Translations under genes and position numbers: made by a program
In this document: positions 40,687 through 49,827 of the stretch, piece after piece
Layout of the letters: each line of letters begins with the position of its first letter
Position numbering within the stretch: the stretch's first letter is position 1
Notes under the pieces: generated by a model
Told to the model about the DNA's origin: nothing
Databases searched by the model: none
The model's input: only the letters and a program-made list of their open reading frames with translations
Virus record (IMG/VR): IMGVR_UViG_2698536646_000013
Source: a virus
Taxonomy: Duplodnaviria; Heunggongvirae; Uroviricota; Caudoviricetes
Direction: 5' to 3' (one strand)
DNA: 55,213 nucleotides

Positions 40687-40723
40687 AGACCCGGCAGGGC
40701 TATCCCCGACGGGTCTCATTTTT
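40687..40723 (+). terminator. Rho-independent terminator after the yeaR-like gene
   Basis: Stem agacccg / cgggtct with an internal GC-rich loop, followed by CATTTTTG. Confidence 0.6.
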
Positions 40724-41277
40724 GTAAATATATTGGTTCTACATTGACAGGAGACTTCAACCATAAGAAGTAATCTGAATACTTGAGCAATAAATTTACT
40801 TAAGATTAATGAGCGCACCTTGCCGGACAAAGATAAACCAAGGTAACACCTTTTTTCTAGCCAGTATGTAATCAATCAGAAAGCCGCTCCATAAGAACAA
40901 CAGCAAGACAATAAATTGCCATTACAGCCGCAATAGCCAGCGCACATTTGAGAACCAGCACGACAACCCCCTGTATTAGACGCACACCAGTCCTGATAAA
41001 TATGAGGCTGTCTCGTCAGTGATTCAATACAACTATTGGGTATAGTTTCTGTGATTTTATTCTGTAGAAATGGAACACAACAACCAGTCACCACCAGCAC
41101 TTCCTTAAATGCTCTAAGTCAGAAACAAGCCAACATTTTAGTCCGCTTTGAGCGATCTGCAGACATTGCTAGCAGCCTTCTGTGTGAATTCTCAGGGAGC
41201 AGGTCGGCATAGCATCACGTTGAGGCTCTTACCCTACTTGTTCACACCAACCCTAACTCCACAGACTGATTCATAAA

Positions 41278-42279
41278 TTAGTAATCTGCGTGTTTCGCAC
41301 TTTTCAGAAATGCTTTCATATTTTCATTAGGTCGCTCAATTTCGAAGTTACTTCCATATAACTCTTGTAATTTTGGCCATAACTTACTTAATAACCCTCT
41401 CCTGCGATAAAATGGATGTATCCAAACGGTAGATAGGTACGGAGAATTTGCATTTGAATTGTTTATTGTGACCAGCCCAACTAAACATTGTCGATAACCA
41501 CTATTATCCATTGATTGTATTTCTTCGACGAATGGATACGCGATTACATCAGTCCAACCATGATCGGTTGTATCCCATTGCATTCCGTCATGACATTCCT
41601 TCGACTGATAGCGGCGTAAAGCTACACACGCGAGCTTTTGCCAATCTGGAGAATTAATTGTGATCTCTTCATCGTATGACGCGCCTATTGGAGCGGGTAT
41701 TGGTCTGATTAATCCAGCATGGCATTCATCATAGAACTTCATGTTTCCCTCAGAAACGTTGTGTACGTTGGGTTGCTCCATGTGTGCGCCATTCAAAAAT
41801 AGCTCTGATAGTAGTGTATCTACACTGTAATCTTTATTGATTATTGTCGGCTTAGAGTTTTTCTTATTAAGGCCGCGAGTAACGATTTTTTGATCAATGT
41901 TAACAACATGGAATAATCCGTCGGGGAGGCTAGCGAACCACGATGGGGCATCGGACCAGAATAGCATGCCTTTTGTACTTCTTAAGAGTTTAATTAAGTT
42001 AATACAAGCTTCTTCACTAGTCTTGCCGTTGATGCGAAGTATGTTAGGACTAAAGTAATATTCATCCATATCAGGGAATGCAGCTTCGCAAAACTCCTGT
42101 ACATAATTTAGCACCTGGATTCTACAGAGATCATCATAGCTGGTAATAACTAAGGGGGTATCTTCATTACTATTATGATTATCAATAATGCAATCTATAG
42201 CGAGACTTACTGCTTTGCGTATCACTTCAGTTGAATCTAACGACTCTAAAAATTTTGTCTTTCGTGTGCGAATATCCAT
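41278..42279 (-). CDS. Hypothetical protein, possible GNAT-like C-terminus (second gene of AT-rich cargo operon)
   Basis: 333 aa. C-terminal LVGLVTINN...VWIHPFYRRRGLLSKLW loosely resembles GNAT motif A. N-terminal 200 aa have no recognisable family. 15-bp gap to the upstream gene. Confidence 0.7.
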   Translation of the reverse strand: MDIRTRKTKFLESLDSTEVIRKAVSLAIDCIIDNHNSNEDTPLVITSYDDLCRIQVLNYVQEFCEAAFPDMDEYYFSPNILRINGKTSEEACINLIKLLRSTKGMLFWSDAPSWFASLPDGLFHVVNIDQKIVTRGLNKKNSKPTIINKDYSVDTLLSELFLNGAHMEQPNVHNVSEGNMKFYDECHAGLIRPIPAPIGASYDEEITINSPDWQKLACVALRRYQSKECHDGMQWDTTDHGWTDVIAYPFVEEIQSMDNSGYRQCLVGLVTINNSNANSPYLSTVWIHPFYRRRGLLSKLWPKLQELYGSNFEIERPNENMKAFLKSAKHADY

Positions 42280-42294
42280 GTATGACCTGCGCTA

Positions 42295-43317
42295 TTAAAA
42301 TTCATGAATGAACGGTTTGTCATCTGGTTGCAAAATGGTGGTTTTATTCGTTGCTACATTTAAACTGTTGTAGAGCATAATTGCCAGGTTCGATGCATTT
42401 TCAATCAGCGTTTCAAGATCCTGGTCTGTAATCACTACGAGGTTCCCTTCTTTATCCTTTCCACCACGATGCACTAAGTGATTTCGATTGAGGGTTGCCA
42501 ATTCAATAGCTTCTATCGGACAGTCTTTTTGTACTTTTATATCGAATGTAGCTTCATAGCGGTCGATTACCTTTTTAGTGCTATGCCAGCTTGCACTGAT
42601 CAAGTGTTCCTTGATTGACCTGATTAGCTCTCCCCTAATTTTCTCGATGGGTTCACCCTTGAAAGGCAACGCAGCAATATCTTTGCTTACTTTAAATTCA
42701 GTCTTACCTTTTTCTATACAATTGGCTATGTAGACATCATCTTTCTCTATAGAATTAATGAATAGCTCAACATAAAGCGTTTCCAAAGCTGTAATAACAT
42801 TCGTGTAGAGCAAACTAAGCAAGTGGTTTTTTTGCTGTTGTTCAGTTTTATCTTTTGCAAGTTTTTTTATTTTATCGATATTATCAATGAATTTTAAATA
42901 CGGATTACCGGAAGACGTTACAGCGTCGTAGATATCATCATCGTACCAATCATCTATATTATTTGAGTTTCCAGACCAGTCAAAACATTGTGTTTGTAAT
43001 TCATCTACTAATTCCTCAATATACTCAGATTTAACATATTGACCGAAGATGGATTGTAGTTCTTCGCTCGCATCATACGGCCCGCCATATATGTAAGCAT
43101 AGCCACCTTCTCTACTTTCATACGGACAAGCATTTGCCGGATCTTCAAAGTTTTCAAAGAACCAGTTTTTCATTACTTCGAGTTGATCTTTTTTGCTTAT
43201 GTATTTTAAAGATTTTAGTGGAACTTTCTTTCCATTAACCTCGAAAACAATTTTCACGATGTAACGCTCCCTTGTATCAATTGCGCAACTATTATACCAC
43301 AGCGAAATACAGGGCAT
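42295..43317 (-). CDS. Hypothetical protein with HEPN-type RNxxxH motif (first gene of AT-rich cargo operon)
   Basis: 340 aa from MPCISLWYN (ATG 43317, RBS AAGGAGG). C-terminal ...ELATLNRNHLVHRGG... contains R-N-x3-H. AT-rich relative to flanking phage genes. Confidence 0.7.
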   Translation of the reverse strand: MPCISLWYNSCAIDTRERYIVKIVFEVNGKKVPLKSLKYISKKDQLEVMKNWFFENFEDPANACPYESREGGYAYIYGGPYDASEELQSIFGQYVKSEYIEELVDELQTQCFDWSGNSNNIDDWYDDDIYDAVTSSGNPYLKFIDNIDKIKKLAKDKTEQQQKNHLLSLLYTNVITALETLYVELFINSIEKDDVYIANCIEKGKTEFKVSKDIAALPFKGEPIEKIRGELIRSIKEHLISASWHSTKKVIDRYEATFDIKVQKDCPIEAIELATLNRNHLVHRGGKDKEGNLVVITDQDLETLIENASNLAIMLYNSLNVATNKTTILQPDDKPFIHEF

Positions 43318-43455
43318 AACCTGCCTCCTTAAACTAACATACCATGAGCCAGCAATGTCCGCTATTGGCACAAAGCGGACAACCACGCTAGCTCTCCCCT
43401 GTGCCAGAAAAATGTCAATTTACATATGAACTAATGCTCTTTGATCTAGTAACGT

Positions 43456-43887
43456 CTATAAATACCGAAGATTTCCTTGATAAAATGCCAGTACACGTTT
43501 CATAACTTCACTCTTCCGGCACTCGCGACAGATTATGTTCTGACGCCTGTCATAGCGGCGTATTTCTCCGTCTGGTAATGACCAGATAAGGTCAGGATCA
43601 ACCACAACCGTTTTTTTCACCTTTGCCCTGGATAGTTTTTTGCGGGCGTTTTTCCAATCCTTACGAGCCTGTTCAGACGGGAATAACCCATAGCCAGAGT
43701 TGTATACATCGCCACTGGCAACCAACTCTCTGGCAAGAATGCTCATCAGATATCTTGTCGCACCTGTCTTGGCCTCCAGTTGCCTTAACGTCTCGCGCCC
43801 ACTCTGGCGTACCAACTCAACAACCTGCTCCTTAATTTTTTCACGCTCTTCCTGTGTAAAAACTTTTGCCATAAGCGCCTCCGGCAA
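43456..43887 (-). CDS. Hypothetical early-region protein
   Basis: 143 aa, basic, with a Cys-containing C-terminus (ICRECRKSEV). No family recognised. Confidence 0.6.
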   Translation of the reverse strand: MPEALMAKVFTQEEREKIKEQVVELVRQSGRETLRQLEAKTGATRYLMSILARELVASGDVYNSGYGLFPSEQARKDWKNARKKLSRAKVKKTVVVDPDLIWSLPDGEIRRYDRRQNIICRECRKSEVMKRVLAFYQGNLRYL

Positions 43888-44649
43888 TCACTTTTCCGAC
43901 ACAATACGACTGGAGGAATCGACAATCTGTCGGACAATATCCCGGTGCTTGTTCAGCTCCCGCAGCGCGGCGCAGACTCGCTCCCACTTCTGGACATGAT
44001 TTTTCGCCCGACGCAGTTCGCGGTTTGCCATATGCAGCGATGGTAAAACTAGGTCATCCGCTTGCGTTTCAGTAAACGATGGCAGCGACTGCACAATGTC
44101 CGCCACAGTTTCTGTTTTAATATCTTCCTGTGTTGCCGCTTCCTGTACTGGTAACGCAACACCGGCTGGCTGAGGAAAGGCTTTACCATCAGTTTCCGCT
44201 ACCGATGCAGCTTTCGGCTCTGCTGGTAAATTATCGCCCGGCATGCAGTAACGAAATTTACTGTTCTGGTTTACGCGAATCAGGCGTCCTTTGCTGATTG
44301 CCATTGCCAGCGTTGAAGCAACTTTGCGGGATGTTGTACCGAACAGCGTAGCCAGTTCATCCGCCGTTTGTGGTCCGCGTTGTTCAATCGTCGCGGTTAA
44401 ATCGCACTCTGAGATTTTCACTACAGTTGCCGTGGTGGTTTCTTCCGGCAGTTCTGCCTGCATTGGCTGTTCCTGCTGAACGTTGTTATCAGCCACACGC
44501 CAGGTGTACGCGCTTTTATCAACGAAACCAGCTTTTTTCAGTTCCCATAGTTCGTTCAGCACTTCTTCACGACTGATATCAAGTCGCGCAGCAAGTTCTA
44601 TGGATGTGGCTTTTCCCATTGCTTTCAGTGCGTCAAAAACAGTCTCCAT
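43888..44649 (-). CDS. Hypothetical DNA-binding protein (two winged-helix-like segments)
   Basis: Start placed at [13 protein letters not shown] (ATG 44649, RBS GGGAGG). Lies downstream of the DnaC-like gene. Confidence 0.65.
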   Translation of the reverse strand: METVFDALKAMGKATSIELAARLDISREEVLNELWELKKAGFVDKSAYTWRVADNNVQQEQPMQAELPEETTTATVVKISECDLTATIEQRGPQTADELATLFGTTSRKVASTLAMAISKGRLIRVNQNSKFRYCMPGDNLPAEPKAASVAETDGKAFPQPAGVALPVQEAATQEDIKTETVADIVQSLPSFTETQADDLVLPSLHMANRELRRAKNHVQKWERVCAALRELNKHRDIVRQIVDSSSRIVSEK

Positions 44650-44671
44650 AAAAATTTCCTCCCGGTAAAAA

Positions 44672-45418
44672 TTACTTCTCAATTCCTGGCTGGACGACAT
44701 TCGGACGCCAGCTCTCCCAGTTAAAATTCACCCATCGCCCGCCGTTCATGGTCATGCGATCCATAATCCGCTCGCCGAGCAATGTTTTCATGGCCTCATA
44801 GTTCAGGTTTGTCAGCATCCCCACGCTGCGCATCGACGCTGTCCGGCGATCAACAATCTGGTGCAGCACCACCTGCTCGTTTTTCGTCTCGCGCTGAATG
44901 CCAATTTCATCAAGAACCAGCAGATCCACTTCGCATAGTTCCCGCAAAAATTTTTCGCCTGACTGCCCATCGTCATAGCTGGCGTGCAGGGCACTCATAA
45001 CATCAGCCACGGTAACCACAATCACTGTCTGACCGTCTTTCAGCAGGCGATTCCCGATAGCTGCCGCTAAGTGGTTCTTCCCGGTACCAGGTTTTCCGCT
45101 GAACGCAAAATTTGTACACCCGGTCATCAGTTCATCAGCGATGGATTTCGCCTGACTCAACGCGTATCGCTGCGCTTCGTTCTGCACCTGGTAATTCGAA
45201 AACGAGCATTTGCGGTGCAATGGCTGGATGCCAGAGCGATTCAGAATTTTTTCCACCCGCAACTGACGATTCTGACGGTTGATCTCCTCACAACGTTTCT
45301 GGCCTTCGGAAAGTTGCCACTCGCGCCACTCCGCTACCGTCTTGAATGGCGCGGTTACATGTGACGGGGCCAGTCTGCGGATACGTTCAAGAACGTCGCC
45401 TGTCGCAATATTTTTCAT
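44672..45418 (-). CDS. ydaV: DnaC-like replication protein / helicase loader (YdaV-like)
   Basis: 248 aa, Walker [16 protein letters not shown] and Walker B LLVLDEIG, IstB/DnaC family. Confidence 0.9.
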   Translation of the reverse strand: MKNIATGDVLERIRRLAPSHVTAPFKTVAEWREWQLSEGQKRCEEINRQNRQLRVEKILNRSGIQPLHRKCSFSNYQVQNEAQRYALSQAKSIADELMTGCTNFAFSGKPGTGKNHLAAAIGNRLLKDGQTVIVVTVADVMSALHASYDDGQSGEKFLRELCEVDLLVLDEIGIQRETKNEQVVLHQIVDRRTASMRSVGMLTNLNYEAMKTLLGERIMDRMTMNGGRWVNFNWESWRPNVVQPGIEK

Positions 45419-45424
45419 GGTCAG

Positions 45425-46282
45425 TTACCCCCTGAAGCCTGGCGGGATCGCACTATCCGGTAACGAGACGGTGTTAACCTGTCGGAGTAACGTCTCAGGT
45501 CGAACACCTTTCGGCGCGAACAAGCCCTGGTATTCATTGGCGATGCTGTGTCGAATCACCTGCTCAGGTGAAAAACCCTGCTGGCGGAATTTTTCCAGCT
45601 CCCGTATCGCCCCGTTAGCGCCCTGCTCCGTTCGAATCGGTTTTCGCAATGCCTGGCGAAATTCAACCCACTCACGCCAAAGCGAGACAGAAATCCAGTT
45701 CGGCAAAGCAATATCCAGAGGGTCAAACTTTTTGACACCTCGATTCCCCCGGGGGGGATTTAGGGGGGGATCTGTTTTTAGATCTTTATCTGTATCTTTA
45801 TTAGTTGCCTTTGTGTTGACATCATGTTCAAACACCACTTCAACATCTGTTTGAACACCTGTTAAATTTCTCTCTTGTTTTGTTTGAACATCTGCTTCCT
45901 TTCTGCTTCTTCTGGCCTGAACAGATGCTTTTCCTGCGGCTGATTTTTTGGTTAATTTTTCCCTGACTGATGCCAGATCTTCCTCAATCCGAAGATGCAC
46001 CCATTCCTCGCCGTTATCGCAAAAAAACTCCTGCAAGGATGGTTCAACATCAGCCCATCGCTCGTTAGTCAGACGGGCAATTTTTGCCAGCCTGTTTTTA
46101 GGTATTGGCTTTCCTGTTTGCCAGTAATTGAACATCAGCAACAAATACGCACCATGCTCCTCTGCTGACAAATGCATGGTGTCAGCCAGGTAATCAGCTA
46201 TGTACAGTTGCATGTATGGTAATGCGGCCATAATTGCCCCGTATGATGCTGCCCGGTGGCTTAGAATAAGCACAAACAGCAT
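45425..46282 (-). CDS. ydaU: Replication initiation protein, YdaU-like (DUF1376)
   Basis: 285-aa ORF with an alternative internal start MAALPYMQLYIADY at 46231. Immediately upstream of the DnaC-like gene. Confidence 0.8.
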   Translation of the reverse strand: MLFVLILSHRAASYGAIMAALPYMQLYIADYLADTMHLSAEEHGAYLLLMFNYWQTGKPIPKNRLAKIARLTNERWADVEPSLQEFFCDNGEEWVHLRIEEDLASVREKLTKKSAAGKASVQARRSRKEADVQTKQERNLTGVQTDVEVVFEHDVNTKATNKDTDKDLKTDPPLNPPRGNRGVKKFDPLDIALPNWISVSLWREWVEFRQALRKPIRTEQGANGAIRELEKFRQQGFSPEQVIRHSIANEYQGLFAPKGVRPETLLRQVNTVSLPDSAIPPGFRG

Positions 46283-46294
46283 GGAAACTTTTGC

Positions 46295-46717
46295 TTAATG
46301 AACAATGACAGAATCGTCGGAAGACCCGCCGCCGCTGAAATGCGCTTTCCGGTAAACGGCTTGGACTGCATCATCATGCGCATCAATTGCCGTACTTAAC
46401 GCTTCCTGCGCCGCCAGTAATGCACGGCGTTCCAGGGTATCGAAGATGCAGAGTCGGTGACGCAGCTCGCGCGGAAGGATTGCCAGAATTGCTGGGATCA
46501 GCTTCTGAATTTTTTCTCTTTGCGTTTTCGTTTCACCTTTCAACCAACGGTGATAGATATTCTGCTGATTATTCCAGTCCTTGCCTGGTACCAGGGGCAA
46601 TTCGCCGCCCCCCTGGCGCAGATATTCTTCAGTAATGGCATTGGCTACCCATGCCTGCCCTTTTTCGGCTGCCAGGGCTAACAACACTGACTCGATGTGC
46701 TCATGCTTGATTTTCAT
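46295..46717 (-). CDS. ydaT: YdaT (CII-like regulator of the Rac prophage)
   Basis: 140 aa, MKIKHEHIESVLLALAAEKGQAWVANAITEEYLRQGG..., matches K-12 YdaT as I recall it. Confidence 0.85.
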   Translation of the reverse strand: MKIKHEHIESVLLALAAEKGQAWVANAITEEYLRQGGGELPLVPGKDWNNQQNIYHRWLKGETKTQREKIQKLIPAILAILPRELRHRLCIFDTLERRALLAAQEALSTAIDAHDDAVQAVYRKAHFSGGGSSDDSVIVH

Positions 46718-46968
46718 GAATCAACTCCCATCAGCTTTTTCGTAGTAGTTTTATTTCTGCCAATAGTTAAAATTACATCAGCAGAAAATAATCCGTTTGA
46801 TGCATGAGCGATTTTTTCAGCGTAATTTGTTTCGCCGGTATATTCTGTGCGAGGCAATTTTCCGTTATCCATCCATTTGTAGATTGCTCTTTGGCTGACA
46901 CCACAAACGTCGGCCACAACAGAAACGCGAACAGTTTTGATTACATCTTCAAGTGTTTTCTGGTTCAT
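46714..46968 (-). CDS. Cro-like HTH regulator (ydaS position)
   Basis: Start placed at MNQKTLEDV (ATG 46968). HTH CGVSQRAIYKWMDNGKLP. Divergent from racR. Confidence 0.75.
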   Translation of the reverse strand: MNQKTLEDVIKTVRVSVVADVCGVSQRAIYKWMDNGKLPRTEYTGETNYAEKIAHASNGLFSADVILTIGRNKTTTKKLMGVDS

Positions 46969-47029
46969 ATCACCCTCACAATGTGAACTTTGAGTACATG
47001 CTATAACAGAACTGACAGTACATTCAAGA

Positions 47030-47467
47030 GTGAATATCATTGAACTTATGGTTCATGAAGATAAAGCGCGTAAAGAGTTCGCCAGTAGGCTTGCGCTAGC
47101 CTGTGAAAACGCTGGTTATGAACAACATGGAAGGCAGGCAGAAATTGCCCGTCGAATGAAATTAACACCAAAAGCGGTTAGCAAATGGTTTAATGGCGAA
47201 ACAATTCCTCGCCGAGAGAAATTAAGGGAATTAGCAACACTCATTGGAACAACACCAACCTATCTTTTGGGAGAGGATACAGAAGAAAGTGGACAGGTAC
47301 GTTTCTATCAGGAGTTAAATCCAAGACAAAAAATCATCATTGACCTTCTGGACGAGCTCCCTGACAGTGAGACAGATGAACTTTTAAAAACTCTTGAGGA
47401 GAAAAAACAGAAGTACAATGCAATTTACGAAGAGCTAGCACGAAAGAAAAAACAAAAAGCCTCTTAA
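47030..47467 (+). CDS. racR: Prophage repressor RacR
   Basis: 145 aa, ...ELMVHEDKARKEFASRLALACENAGYEQHGRQAEIARRMKLTPKAVSKWFNGE..., cI-like HTH. Confidence 0.9.
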   Translation: MNIIELMVHEDKARKEFASRLALACENAGYEQHGRQAEIARRMKLTPKAVSKWFNGETIPRREKLRELATLIGTTPTYLLGEDTEESGQVRFYQELNPRQKIIIDLLDELPDSETDELLKTLEEKKQKYNAIYEELARKKKQKAS

Positions 47468-47757
47468 ACCAGCATAAATCCGGTAGCGTCCCCCTCCGGG
47501 TTTGTGCTTCACTTTATCCCATCTCATTTTTTTACACACAAAATGTACTTATAGTACTTTACATCAATGAACACAAAGTACATTATATACCTACCAACCC
47601 ACCCCGCCCCACAGAACGCAGGGCAATACTTCGAGTTACCAGGCAGTGGTCAGGGGTTAAGTAGCCAGCCCGAGGCGTATGAACATGACGGCAGGGTTCA
47701 GATTTTGCAGTGCAGCAGGTTTCAGTTCCGCCACCCGGCGTTAAGGGGAGAGATAAG

Positions 47758-47892
47758 ATGGTGCATTACGAAGTAGTTCAGTATTTGATGGATTGTTGCG
47801 GTATCACTTACAACCAGGCTGTGCAGGCTTTACGCAGCAACGACTGGGATCTCTGGCAGGCAGAAGTCGCTATACACAGCAACAAGATGTGA
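47758..47892 (+). CDS. ydaG: YdaG-like small protein
   Basis: 44 aa MVHYEVVQYLMDCCGITYNQAVQALRSNDWDLWQAEVAIHSNKM, RBS AAGGGGAG. Confidence 0.65.
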   Translation: MVHYEVVQYLMDCCGITYNQAVQALRSNDWDLWQAEVAIHSNKM

Positions 47893-47900
47893 GATTCGCA

Positions 47901-48056
47901 AAATGCAAAAAATCGACCTCGGCAACAACGAATCCCTGGTGTGCGGCGTGTTCCCCAACCAGGATGGAACGTTCACTGCCATGACGTATACCAAAAGCAA
48001 AACATTTAAAACCGAAACTGGTGCGCGCCGATGGTTGGAGAAGCACACAGTAAGCT
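47901..48056 (+). CDS. ydaF: YdaF-like small protein
   Basis: 51 aa MQKIDLGNNESLVCGVFPNQDGTFTAMTYTKSKTFKTETGARRWLEKHTVS, hand-translated. Confidence 0.65.
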
Positions 48057-48543
48057 AACGATTAAAACGTCTACTCCTGCTGTTCCAGAATAACTTCATA
48101 AAATGGGAGTATTTTTCGGTGACGAGATAATAAGAACAGTTTGCGCTATCACTCTGATGTTGAATGATGCCCTTCCGTTCTAATTTTTTCATAACCGGGT
48201 TACGGCAAGGAGAAGTGATAATAAGATTTCCTGTTTTAAGGAAATCTTTAAATACAGCGATTTCTTTCTCAGATAAACGAAGCAATACTCGTTGCTCTGG
48301 TAGTAATGAATAATGCTTTTGAATATGTGCTCGCAATCTTGAGAAGGAAATGGCGACCACGAAAGAAAAGGCAAAAACGATAATCTGAAAGAGCCAAGGT
48401 ATTTCAGTATAAGCATTGAATGCGACAGTAAACTCTTTCGGTATCAGCCAGAGAGTGAGACCAAAAATGATAATCGTATACATAAGTATTTCGAGTGGCT
48501 CGTTAGCAAAAAGTTTCAACAATGGAGTAAATACATCCAACAT
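48055..48543 (-). CDS. sieB: Superinfection exclusion protein B
   Basis: 162 aa from MLDVFTPLLKLFANEPLEILMYTIIIFGLTLWLIP (ATG 48543). The ORF table shows a longer upstream extension. Confidence 0.85.
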   Translation of the reverse strand: MLDVFTPLLKLFANEPLEILMYTIIIFGLTLWLIPKEFTVAFNAYTEIPWLFQIIVFAFSFVVAISFSRLRAHIQKHYSLLPEQRVLLRLSEKEIAVFKDFLKTGNLIITSPCRNPVMKKLERKGIIQHQSDSANCSYYLVTEKYSHFMKLFWNSRSRRFNR

Positions 48544-48984
48544 ATCAATAACTCTCAACTGTAAGGGTATTGAAATGTTAACACAAGCTCTCGCTGTAGG
48601 GGTATAGCCGAGACCACCGAAGCCCGGAGGTGGTGAAATAAAACCGGGCACAACACGAAGGCGCATTTCCGATATCCATAAAGAGTCGGTCTTGTCTGTT
48701 AAATTTAAATGGTGGGAGTGCGCCTCCGGTTGTAAATAACGACATTGCTGTGTGTAGTCCTGGCGGCATCAGTTTTTTTCTTGAAGTTCGGCTGATGTCC
48801 GCCCTTTTTAAAGTGAATTTTGTGATGCGGTGAATGCGGCTAAGCGCACGTGGCACAGTTAAAAGTCATGTTAGTCCTTATTGGTTTGGGTGGGAAAGCC
48901 GACTGTAATTGTTAACTGGTTGCAGTCACCTGGAGGCACCAGGCACCGCATCAACAAAGTTCATTTGTAAAAATGGAGATAATT

Positions 48985-49206
48985 ATGATTGCACATCACT
49001 TCGGAACTGATGAAATACCACGTCAGTGTGTGACTCCTGGCGATTATGTTCTTCATGAAGGCCGGACATATATTGCCTCGGCAAACAATATTAAAAAGCG
49101 AAAACTATATATTCGTAACCTGACCACAAAAACATGCATTACTGACCGCATGATTAAAGTCTTCCTCGGTCGTGATGGTTTACCTGTAAAGGCGGAGTCA
49201 TGGTGA
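48985..49206 (+). CDS. kilR: Cell-division inhibitor KilR
   Basis: 73 aa [40 protein letters not shown]... Confidence 0.85.
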   Translation: MIAHHFGTDEIPRQCVTPGDYVLHEGRTYIASANNIKKRKLYIRNLTTKTCITDRMIKVFLGRDGLPVKAESW

Positions 49207-49376
49207 TGACTAAGAAAATAAAATGTGCTTACCACCTTTGCAAAAAAGACGTTGAAGAAAGCAAAGCTATTGAAAGAATGCTTCACTTCATGCACGGGAT
49301 TTTATCAAAAGACGAACCGAGAAAATATTGCAGTGAAGCTTGTGCCGAAAAAGACCAGATGGCACATGAACTTTAA
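49206..49376 (+). CDS. ydaE: YdaE-like zinc-binding small protein
   Basis: 56 aa [56 protein letters not shown]. Start overlaps the kilR stop. Confidence 0.7.
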   Translation: MTKKIKCAYHLCKKDVEESKAIERMLHFMHGILSKDEPRKYCSEACAEKDQMAHEL

Positions 49377-49450
49377 TTAATTGACTATTCGAAACTGAAT
49401 TTATGCCAGAAATGGCAGGTATTCGCTCAACCTTAATTAAGGAGAAAAAC

Positions 49451-49726
49451 ATGATTACCAATTATGAAGCCACTGTTGTAACTACCGATGACATTGTTCA
49501 CGAGGTGAATCTGGAAGGAAAGCGCATTGGCTACGTAATTAAAACAGAAAATAAAGAAACCCCATTCACTGTGGTTGATATCGATGGTCCATCAGGCAAC
49601 GTAAAAACACTTGATGAAGGTGTCAAAAAAATGTGCCTGGTGCATATCGGAAAGAATCTGCCCGCAGAAAAAAAAGCCGAATTTCTGGCAACTCTAATTG
49701 CAATGAAATTAAAAGGTGAAATCTGA
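49451..49726 (+). CDS. racC: RacC
   Basis: 91 aa from MITNYEATVVTTDDIVHEVNLEGKR, RBS AAGGAG. Confidence 0.85.
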   Translation: MITNYEATVVTTDDIVHEVNLEGKRIGYVIKTENKETPFTVVDIDGPSGNVKTLDEGVKKMCLVHIGKNLPAEKKAEFLATLIAMKLKGEI

Positions 49727-49827
49727 AAGAAATAGCCTGCGTATGGCGCAGGCTATGAACAGTGTGTATCCGGCAAGATCATTCACTGAACAAAACGAAT
49801 TTTAATCTGAGTTGAGGTTAAAAAACA

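Noticed and set aside
40678-41100. 65-aa and 74-aa minus-strand ORFs between the yeaR-like terminator and the cargo operon
   Set aside because: The first overlaps the plus-strand terminator hairpin, the second is Cys/Gly-rich low complexity, and neither has an RBS.
48578-48856. 92-aa minus-strand ORF between sieB and kilR
   Set aside because: Overlaps the sieB upstream region, has no RBS and no recognisable family. This is probably the regulatory region of the divergent sieB and kilR transcripts.
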